A DNA stretch of 24,000 bases from Geosporobacter subterraneus DSM 17957. Lineage in GTDB: Bacteria > Bacillota > Clostridia > Peptostreptococcales > Thermotaleaceae. Made by a program: the position numbers and the translations under genes. Within the stretch, counting starts at the first letter, position 1. Every line of letters starts with the position of its first letter. Under the pieces are notes generated by a model that was given only the letters and a program-made list of their open reading frames with translations, searched no databases and had not been told where the DNA came from. The stretch spans positions 1-24,000 of the forward strand of contig NZ_FQZV01000042.1 in assembly GCF_900142145.1 (NCBI RefSeq), in the 5' to 3' direction. This document shows, piece by piece, positions 14,637-21,359 of the stretch.

Positions 14637-14670
14637 TTCCAAATGTACCCCCTACATTTGGAATTTTTTT
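14637..14670 (+). terminator. Intrinsic terminator
   Basis: TTCCAAATGTA(14637-14647)/TACATTTGGAA(14653-14663), perfect 11-bp stem, CCCCC loop, T7 run 14664-14670. Confidence 0.8.
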
Positions 14671-14709
14671 ATTAAATAAAAGGGCCCCTTGCAACCTATG
14701 AAGTCTATA

Positions 14710-15339
14710 TTATATCTTCTCTGCTTTAAATCTCAGCACCGTTTTCAGCTTATGTGCTTCCGTTTTTCTAGGATCTGACAGATAAATCTCCCGATGGGTA
14801 TGTTCTATTCTCTTAAAACCATTTTCTAAGCAAAATGATTCCATCCTGGCAAAGCTTGCAGGCTCATCATCATAGCTCCCCATGTGCATCATCTGAATAC
14901 ATAAGCCTTCCTCTATGCAGCCGAAACGAACTCTGTCTAAAGCCGGATTTGGCTTCTTTCTTCTCGTTTTTTCCAGGATTTCGGCAGCAAGCTGATCCGT
15001 TACAAACTCCGGCTGCCGTATCATGATCGTATAAACTAATTTGTTTTTATCCAAGATAGTAAAATCCTTGGCATCATCCTCCAAATCCCATACTCCTTCC
15101 AGTGGAAAGACCGTATACTCAAAATATCCTTCCGGGGTCATGCCTCCTTTGGGCGCCATCTTTATCCCATAAGAAAGAGAATATAATGCCTGTATCTCTT
15201 CTCCAAAGGCCTCACCATTGGGATCTCCTTTTCCGTCGATCATGAAGAATTTCATCTCCGGCACCTGAACAACCATAGGTTTCTGGGGCGGAAGATACAA
15301 TTCCTTATAATCCTTCTTATAATCAACCTTTTTTTCCAT
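14710..15339 (-). CDS. GyrI-like small-molecule-binding domain protein (209 aa)
   Basis: N-terminus DYKKDYKELYLPPQKPMVVQVPEMKFFMIDGKGDPNG is the characteristic opening of stand-alone GyrI-like (SOUL/effector-binding fold) proteins. Confidence 0.75.
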   Translation of the reverse strand: MEKKVDYKKDYKELYLPPQKPMVVQVPEMKFFMIDGKGDPNGEAFGEEIQALYSLSYGIKMAPKGGMTPEGYFEYTVFPLEGVWDLEDDAKDFTILDKNKLVYTIMIRQPEFVTDQLAAEILEKTRRKKPNPALDRVRFGCIEEGLCIQMMHMGSYDDEPASFARMESFCLENGFKRIEHTHREIYLSDPRKTEAHKLKTVLRFKAEKI

Positions 15340-15595
15340 CTATAGACACCTCACTATAAAAATTCTTTAAGGACTCCTTTGTCCCACTGTCTAAATAGTG
15401 CCACCGAACATTTTGAATCGCACCCTCCAGGGCATACAGGGTATTGACTCAAGTGGTAGGATCTATAAATCTTAGACGCTCGAAGGCTTCTCTGCTCCCT
15501 GCTTCCCTCAATTCCTCTATGTTGGCTATGCCTACCCGCTCCAGCATTTCTGCCGATACCTTCCCGATGTTTGGGGACTTTTCCAATTCTCTCAT
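15323..15595 (-). CDS. TfoX C-terminal-domain protein interrupted by one in-frame TGA (15451-15449): candidate selenoprotein or pseudogene (90 codons)
   Basis: ATG 15595 with GGAG about 10 nt upstream. Translation: MRELEKSPNIGKVSAEMLERVGIANIEELREAGSREAFERLRFIDPTT-TGA-VNTLYALEGAIQNVRWHYLDSGTKESLKNFYSEVSIDGKKG. Helix-hairpin-helix-like PNIG...GI...EL and LYALEGAI..(R)WH motifs of TfoX_C lie on either side of the TGA in one frame. The stop overlaps the GyrI-like start by 17 nt. Confidence 0.55.
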
Positions 15596-15763
15596 TTGTT
15601 TTTCACTCCTCTCAGAGATCCACCATATATTTTGAAAGATGCCTTAACCTGTATTATTTAGAAAAAGGAATTGTATTACTAAGAATATATTACAAGATAA
15701 ATATGACATCTATATGTCAGCTTTTATTTTGTTTCATAAAATTTTCTTCATGTACCTGATGAT

Positions 15764-15901
15764 TATAGATATGTGATTGAGATTCCTAATTTATGTTCGG
15801 AACGACGAGGCGTCGATCCCTACCTTTCTATTAAGGTTTACGTAGGGAACGGACTCTGTGCCGTTCCGCTGAATGTTAGATTTCTTAATCACGGATCTAT
15901 A
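15764..15901. repeat. REPIN/MITE-like element (copy 1): two inverted GTAG-hairpin REP modules inside terminal inverted repeats
   Basis: Ends TATAGATATGTGATTGAG / CTTAATCACGGATCTATA. REP modules at 15799-15823 (minus orientation: GTAGGGATCGACG..CGTCGTTCC) and 15842-15867 (GTAGGGAACGG-N8-CCGTTCC). Highly similar to the reverse complement of 22251-22390. Confidence 0.75.
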
Positions 15902-15930
15902 TGACTTGCCGGTCAGCAAGCAACAACATT

Positions 15931-15969
15931 ATTAAGAAATATTTAAGAATTCTTTAAGCGATCTTTAAG
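15931..15969 (+). promoter_or_regulatory. Four helically phased direct repeats (A/T)TTAAG with exact 11-bp period upstream of uppP
   Basis: ATTAAG 15931, TTTAAG 15942, TTTAAG 15953, TTTAAG 15964. A TATAAT box lies at 16092-16097 with a poor -35. Confidence 0.4.
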
Positions 15970-16153
15970 CTTATTTGATTATACTAAAAACACCGGCAGT
16001 ACATAAAGCTATTTAAAACTGAAGACTAGACATTGACCCAGCAGTTTTGGAAAATTCCAGTCAAAGTATATGCTTTATCTTATTCTTCCGCTATAATACC
16101 TAGTATGGAGTGGTTGTGCCGGAATATAAAATTGTTAAGGAAAAGGAGATCCT

Positions 16154-17002
16154 ATGGAATCTATATTATTCATTTTTAAATCTATAATACTTGGCATCGT
16201 AGAAGGCTTGACAGAGTTCTTGCCCGTATCCTCAACAGGCCATATGATTATTGCGGGAAGTCTGTTAGACTTTCAAGGAACAAATCCAAATTATGTTGAA
16301 ATGTATACCTATGTCATACAGTTGGGTGCCATACTGGCAGTAGTAATCCTCTACTGGAAGAAGATATGGGATACCCTGATACATTTCTTCCCCAAACAGG
16401 TGGGGTATGAAAAATCAGGGTTCCGGTTTTGGTTTATGATTTTTATTGCCTGTATCCCAGGAGCCATAGGCCAGCTGCTTTTGGATGATATTGCAGAGCA
16501 GTACCTGTTTAATCCAATCTCTGTAGCGATTACCCTGTTCTTCGGCGGAATATTGATGATCTATGCAGAAAACAGATTCAGAAATAAAAATGCCCATAGA
16601 AAAGGACTAATCATCTCCAGCAAACAAGCATGGACCATTGGATTATTCCAATGCTTAGCCATCATCCCCGGGATGTCCCGCTCGGCCTCTACCATTATCG
16701 GGGGATGGGTTTCCGGACTTTCTACCGTTGCTGCTGCTGAATTCTCCTTCTTTTTAGCCATCCCAGTCATGTTTGGCATGAGCTTTTTAAAGATCATTAA
16801 ATTTGGTGGATTCACCGCTTTAACTTCCTTAGAATTGATTTCACTGGTGGTAGGCTTTTTCGTTTCATTTGTGGTGGCGCTCATAGTTATTGGAAAATTT
16901 ATCTCCTATCTTAAAAAGAGACCCATGCGGATCTTTGCAGTCTATCGCATGCTGTTTGCCGTGATCGTCCTACTGTCGGGAGCTTTAGGCATATTTCACT
17001 AA
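16154..17002 (+). CDS. uppP: Undecaprenyl-diphosphate phosphatase (BacA/UppP), 282 aa
   Basis: GIVEGLTEFLPVSSTGHMII motif, PGMSRSASTI(I)GG motif, 8-TM hydrophobic profile. RBS AAAGGAG 6 nt upstream. Confidence 0.95.
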   Translation: MESILFIFKSIILGIVEGLTEFLPVSSTGHMIIAGSLLDFQGTNPNYVEMYTYVIQLGAILAVVILYWKKIWDTLIHFFPKQVGYEKSGFRFWFMIFIACIPGAIGQLLLDDIAEQYLFNPISVAITLFFGGILMIYAENRFRNKNAHRKGLIISSKQAWTIGLFQCLAIIPGMSRSASTIIGGWVSGLSTVAAAEFSFFLAIPVMFGMSFLKIIKFGGFTALTSLELISLVVGFFVSFVVALIVIGKFISYLKKRPMRIFAVYRMLFAVIVLLSGALGIFH

Positions 17003-17037
17003 TGCAGCCGATACCTATCCAAATATAAAGGGGTACA

Positions 17038-17085
17038 TAAAAAGCCGTAGGGTTTGATGTTTTCCAAGCACCCACGGCTTTTTCC
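17038..17085. terminator. Bidirectional intrinsic terminator
   Basis: AAAGCCGT(A)GGG (17041-17052) / CCCACGGCTTT (17071-17081) with an A-run before and a T-run after. Confidence 0.75.
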
Positions 17086-17095
17086 ACGAGTTATT

Positions 17096-17236
17096 TTAAT
17101 AAATCAAAGCATAGCACCCACCAAGGCCAGTTGATTTTGAATCATCCGGCAGCACGGTATTCGACGGCTTACTGAAACAACCTGATAAAGCAAGTAATAC
17201 ACCTAATCATAGACATAAACAGTATAGCTTTCTCAT
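17096..17236 (-). pseudogene. Small lipoprotein-like ORF with an in-frame TGA in the signal peptide (probable pseudogene)
   Basis: ATG 17236 after AAGGAG / GGGGTGAG. Translation: MRKLYCLCL-TGA(17209-17207)-LGVLLALSGCFSKPSNTVLPDDSKSTGLGGCYALIY-TAA. LALSGC is a lipobox. Confidence 0.3.
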
Positions 17237-17462
17237 ATCTCACCCCGACTCCTTTATTTTCCTTAACCCATTGTATATAAGCATCCTGATCATATTTAAT
17301 TCCTTACATTCGATTACTATCATTTTTCAATCATTCGATTTTTTTCGACAAGTCGACATGTTTTTTATCCTAACTAGCAGTATGTTCCTTTCATAGGGAA
17401 ATGCGGAGCAGGGAATTCTAGTAATATGCAGATATTATTTGATATTAAAGGAGCGTAGTGGA

Positions 17463-18005
17463 ATGAGGAATTATGTTAGATATACACTTCTGGCTTTAGC
17501 AATCCTGTTTGTTTTTGCATCTATTCCAACCAAAGCATTGAATCTCGGCAGCTTTATACGAAACAACATATTCACTGATGGCATAGATGATACTACTTCC
17601 GGTGGTGAACCGGTGTCTATGCAGCAGCTGAAAGCACAGGTTGATTTCTTCAAACAGGCCTTGGATGAATTTGGCGCCATCAGTCCCATGCAGGCAGCTC
17701 AGCTATGGGCGAAAAGCCGTGAAACGAGAAATGGTGTCTATCAATATGCGGTAGCCTGCCCCAATCTAAAGCAAGTCATTGAGCGTAAATGGGGAAAAGC
17801 AGATGAGAATTTCTGGATCATCGGTGGTTCCAGTCCATGGGTACAAAAATATGAAATCACCCATATCAAAAAGATAAACAGCAATACCTATGAGCTTACG
17901 ATCAAATATTACTGGGCCACCTCTGCAGGAGATTCTGACCCCAGTTATGATATCTTAACCATAGGCAGAGAGAATAACTATTGGTGTGTACAGGCCGTGC
18001 GGTAG
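17463..18005 (+). CDS. Secreted hypothetical protein (180 aa) with N-terminal signal peptide
   Basis: ATG 17463 lies 9 nt after AAGGAG. MRNYVRYTLLALAILFVFASIPTKA signal-like N-terminus. No family recognised. The track start is an upstream TTG overlapping the RBS. Confidence 0.65.
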   Translation: MRNYVRYTLLALAILFVFASIPTKALNLGSFIRNNIFTDGIDDTTSGGEPVSMQQLKAQVDFFKQALDEFGAISPMQAAQLWAKSRETRNGVYQYAVACPNLKQVIERKWGKADENFWIIGGSSPWVQKYEITHIKKINSNTYELTIKYYWATSAGDSDPSYDILTIGRENNYWCVQAVR

Positions 18006-18036
18006 TAATGCTCCATAGCGGCCTACAATACCACCT

Positions 18037-18086
18037 AAAAAAGGGCTGATAAAGGAACCGCATTTGAATTCCTTCTCAACCCTTTT
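18037..18086. terminator. Convergent-gene terminator hairpin
   Basis: Outer arms AAAAGGG / CCCTTTT (18080-18086). Inner arms AAGGAA (18052-18057) / TTCCTT (18069-18074). Lies between the convergent stops at 18005 and 18174. Confidence 0.5.
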
Positions 18087-18173
18087 ATCAAACAGTATCT
18101 AAAGCATTTATTACCGGACTAACGACAAAGTTCTTTCACTAAACCGGAGGTATATGTTTGGCTTTCCCTTTTC

Positions 18174-19067
18174 CTACAGTTTTTTGACTGGCTTCAGTAC
18201 CATGTATCCCTCTGCTTCTGTATCGTCCTCATAAACAGGATTTACTTCGTCATACCATTCCCATCCATGGTCTTTCGGATTCCATAGCTCGCTGACATTC
18301 CAGACCGCTTCCGTCACTGCCTCATGCATCTCCTCTTTATAGGGAGGATGACAGAACTTTACATAATCACAGGCAGATGCAATCACCGTTTCCAGCCCTT
18401 CAGGAATCGGTCCATTATAGTCCAGAGGCACTTCTACGCCCCAGACATATCTGGTTTCTCCATTTTCATTTAGCCATCCGCAGATCACGCCGCCTAGGGT
18501 CCCCTGCATGCTTACCAGTGTGCCCCACATTTTTTCAGCACCTTCGGTCTCACAGAGTTCATGATAATCATTGGCACCTTCTCTGTGCATAACCAGCATT
18601 TTTCGTTCAGGCTTTGCAAGGAATGTAATTTTCACATCCTTCATCATTTCCTCCTGCATTGAACAATCATCTCCTTTTTTGATATGCTGGTGGTTGATAT
18701 TGCACTCTAAAAACAGCGGGATTGGATTCTTGCGTTTCCTATATGCCCCCGGCGTAATGTCAAATGCGTCGGTGAAGGCTCTGGTAAAAGCCTCCTGAGA
18801 GTTATAGCCGAAATCCAGGGCGATATCGAGAATACGTCTTCTGGTGTCCCTCAGCTGTAGTGCTGCTGCCGATATTCTGCGCAGACGGATAAATTCCTTC
18901 ATACTCATCCCTGCTTCAATATGAAAAGCCTTGGAACAATAAAACTTAGAGTATCCCACCTGGGCTGCCACATCCTCCAGCAGGATATCCTCTTTCAGAT
19001 GCTTCTCAATGTAATCAATCATTTTTTGCACGCATACCTTCCATTCCAATCCGATCACCACCTTCAA
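18174..19067 (-). CDS. AraC-family transcriptional regulator with C-terminal effector-binding (GyrI-like) domain
   Basis: MIDYIEKHLKEDILLEDVAAQVGYSKFYCSKAFH...FGYNSQEAFTRAFTDAFDITPGAYRK = two AraC HTH units. Start uncertain: TTG 19067 overlaps an AAGGTGGTGA RBS, so TTG 19049 or ATG 19022 are more likely. Confidence 0.8.
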   Translation of the reverse strand: MKVVIGLEWKVCVQKMIDYIEKHLKEDILLEDVAAQVGYSKFYCSKAFHIEAGMSMKEFIRLRRISAAALQLRDTRRRILDIALDFGYNSQEAFTRAFTDAFDITPGAYRKRKNPIPLFLECNINHQHIKKGDDCSMQEEMMKDVKITFLAKPERKMLVMHREGANDYHELCETEGAEKMWGTLVSMQGTLGGVICGWLNENGETRYVWGVEVPLDYNGPIPEGLETVIASACDYVKFCHPPYKEEMHEAVTEAVWNVSELWNPKDHGWEWYDEVNPVYEDDTEAEGYMVLKPVKKL

Positions 19068-19122
19068 TAACAGTATATCTAAAGGAGCAGTAGCTTTTTT
19101 GATTTCAATTGCACAGTTTCCA

Positions 19123-19152
19123 TAAGAAAGACAAGGGATTGACTTCCTTGTC
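19123..19152 (-). terminator. Intrinsic terminator after ybaK
   Basis: GACAAGGGA(19130-19138)/TTCCTTGTC(19144-19152) with one mismatch and a 5-nt loop. T-rich tract on minus. Confidence 0.55.
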
Positions 19153-19190
19153 CAGTATTAAAAGCATTTAATTCATATCTTTTACTGCTT

Positions 19191-19679
19191 CTACTTTTGT
19201 ATAATAACATTCTCTAGCTTACAGTCAAGGAGCCCTGCCAAATCTTGAGGTTTCAGTTCAATCTGATATCCTATTTTTCCTGCACTGACAATCATAGCAT
19301 CTAACGTGCTGCAGGAGCTGTCTAATACAGTTTTATACTCTTTTTTCATACCGATGGGTGAACATCCTCCCCGTATATATCCTGTAATCTTATTGATATC
19401 CGCAACCTTTATCATCACAACAGCCTTCTCACCTACTGCTTTTGCTGCCGCCTTTAGATCAAGTTCGCTGTCAACAGGAATAATGAAAACATAGTATTCT
19501 TTACTGGTTCCCTGGGTAACCAAAGTTTTATAAACCTTTTCAACAGGCTGACCAATTTTAGAAGCGACGGAAATACCATCTACCAGCCCATCCTTATGAT
19601 CATAACCATATGTTTTATACGGAATTCCCGCCTTATCAAGAATCCGCATAGCATTTGTCTTCAAGTTTGCCAATGTCAT
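19191..19679 (-). CDS. ybaK: Cys-tRNA(Pro)/Cys-tRNA(Cys) deacylase YbaK/EbsC family
   Basis: KTNAMRILDKAGIPYKTY opening and GGCSPIGMKK motif characteristic of YbaK. Exact start uncertain (GGGGG abuts ATG 19679; in-frame TTG 19673/19664 or ATG 19649 are alternatives). Confidence 0.85.
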   Translation of the reverse strand: MTLANLKTNAMRILDKAGIPYKTYGYDHKDGLVDGISVASKIGQPVEKVYKTLVTQGTSKEYYVFIIPVDSELDLKAAAKAVGEKAVVMIKVADINKITGYIRGGCSPIGMKKEYKTVLDSSCSTLDAMIVSAGKIGYQIELKPQDLAGLLDCKLENVIIQK

Positions 19680-19734
19680 CCCCCGCTTTTGTACTTGTCT
19701 CGTTTTCTGCTTGTATCCCTAAATGTTCCTTAAA

Positions 19735-19953
19735 CTAAGATTCTCGTATAACAACGATTTCATTGTTCAACTTCAATATGCTGTCAAGAATTCTTTTCTT
19801 CATATCAGGATTAGAAAATGTTAAAACATAGTTCTTATCAGTACCTGTTTTAATAAACAAGGTTTCTCTTGCCAAATTAAACATAGTAGTCAGGTATATA
19901 ATTGCTTTGCCATCATAATATCTCCCCCTAAAATTCAAACATCTCTCAACCAT
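19735..19953 (-). CDS. Hypothetical protein (72 aa), AT-rich, no RBS
   Basis: Open frame only. No Shine-Dalgarno upstream and no recognisable motif. Could be a gene fragment. Confidence 0.3.
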   Translation of the reverse strand: MVERCLNFRGRYYDGKAIIYLTTMFNLARETLFIKTGTDKNYVLTFSNPDMKKRILDSILKLNNEIVVIRES

Positions 19954-20148
19954 AGATTATTTAACTAGAGATTCTATGAAAATACATAGGTCGAATAAAG
20001 TGTGATTGAAATTCTTCTTAATTTGTCTTTTATATCCAGTTTATTCCACATTGTATATACTGTCAATGTGTTAAGCAAAGCTAAGGTCAGTAAATGCTTC
20101 ATATAATGCGGCAGGAGATTGTTTTTGGTTAAAGAAATTCTATATAAT

Positions 20149-20172
20149 AGAAAAACACCCAAACCTGGGTGT
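20149..20172 (-). terminator. Intrinsic terminator after the 142-aa hypothetical gene
   Basis: ACACCCA(20155-20161)/TGGGTGT(20166-20172), 4-nt loop. T-run on minus (A-run 20149-20154 on plus). 7 nt after the stop at 20179. Confidence 0.75.
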
Positions 20173-20178
20173 TTATGT

Positions 20179-20607
20179 CTAGACGCTTCTTTCTGTTAGA
20201 ATCTGTACATCGTCTCCAAATACAATATCCAATGCCTTTACGGTTCCCACTACCTTTCCTTCGCTTTTTTCGATCGGCAGCTCCAAAATGGCAATGGTAT
20301 AGCCCTCTTGGATTTTTTCTGCAGCTTCTTCCGTAATCCAGTCAATGTAGATAGAAATTCTATCGTTCATGCTAAAGGCTTTTGTAGAATTGGAGTAAAA
20401 ATTTTTATCATGCTCCAGTTGATCTACTGACGTGATACTTCTTAAGGCATATTTTTCGATTTTCTTTTGGGTAGCTTCGTCAATATTCTTATATGCTACA
20501 ATCAATACCTTATACTTATCCTTGGACTTCATATCCAGAATCATCCCCTTGTTGTTCTGTATTTTATTTATTATCCTATTTCTACATGCCACATCTAAAT
20601 CCTCCAT
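20179..20607 (-). CDS. Hypothetical protein (up to 142 aa; may start at an internal Met)
   Basis: Intact ORF with its own terminator. No SD before ATG 20607. AAGGGG precedes the internal Met22/Met26. No family recognised. Confidence 0.5.
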   Translation of the reverse strand: MEDLDVACRNRIINKIQNNKGMILDMKSKDKYKVLIVAYKNIDEATQKKIEKYALRSITSVDQLEHDKNFYSNSTKAFSMNDRISIYIDWITEEAAEKIQEGYTIAILELPIEKSEGKVVGTVKALDIVFGDDVQILTERSV

Positions 20608-20782
20608 TTTTGTAAAAAAGTTATCTAGGTGAATTATATTTCTGATTCGTTCAAATATGCTTAACTTCCACTAAAACAACATATTCTACAAGGAATTTTA
20701 TTCAAAATTCTTATTCTTTTATCAAAATCCTGACATATCTTGTATATTTGCAAAAAGGAATGCTTAATAGCACTGCCTAGCC

Positions 20783-21258
20783 TTGCAGAGTCTCTCCCTC
20801 TACCAAATCCTCGGTGGCAATTCGCAGCAATTGATAGGAAAAGGTATTTTATATGTGGCTAATTCTGCATGGCTGCTGGATTCTTTAATCCTCAGCACAT
20901 CATTGTATATAGTCCATTACACCAGAGTTTCTGCCATATATAGAAGACAAGCATTGTCCATGGTTATAGGCTCCATAGGAGCGGTTGCTGGCTATTCCAC
21001 CTATGCTATCGGATTAGTTCCTTGGGACCTGGATTTAGGCTCAATGATCATTGCATTAAACGGTTCTATTTTCGCCTTCGGTATTCTGTATTTTGGTCTG
21101 CTTGATGTTTCGGCCATAGCCAGAGATCGGCTATTTGAAAGCATGCAGGAGGGTGGGAAAAAACCTTAGAAGAGCTAATGAAAGAGGCAGATCATTCTCT
21201 GTATATAGCAAAAAATAGCGGCAGAAATAGAGCCTGCTTTGCATCAGAAAAGGGATAA
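20783..21258 (+). pseudogene. Remnant of a membrane-anchored diguanylate cyclase (7TM-type sensor N-domain fused by deletion and frameshift to the last ~29 aa of a GGDEF domain)
   Basis: 20783-21169 encodes TM helices ending in LLDVSAIARDRLFESMQEG (the usual 7TM-to-PAS junction). From 21169, in another frame: EELMKEADHSLYIAKNSGRNRACF (canonical GGDEF C-terminus) to TAA 21256-21258. PAS and GGDEF core are absent, and stops lie upstream of the TTG start. Confidence 0.7.
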
Positions 21259-21275
21259 GTGAACTTATCCCTTTT
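21248..21275. terminator. Bidirectional intrinsic terminator
   Basis: AAAAGGGATAAGT(21248-21260)/CTTATCCCTTTT(21264-21275) with loop GAA. Confidence 0.75.
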
Positions 21276-21359
21276 ACTTTAGTATCTAGATCTTTCATGT
21301 TCATGCTTCACTTTAAACTTTAATACTTGTAGTTATCTACATTATATGTGCCTGCTGCG

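Noticed and set aside
15444-15759. Plus-strand ORFs 15444-15635 and 15571-15759
   Set aside because: They lie antisense to the TfoX_C-like reading frame and its promoter region. They have no RBS, and the minus-strand frame carries recognisable domain motifs instead.
19974-20162. 62-aa minus-strand ORF
   Set aside because: It begins at a non-ATG codon inside the terminator hairpin of the upstream gene (20149-20172), has no RBS, and its sequence is AT-driven. It is probably non-coding.
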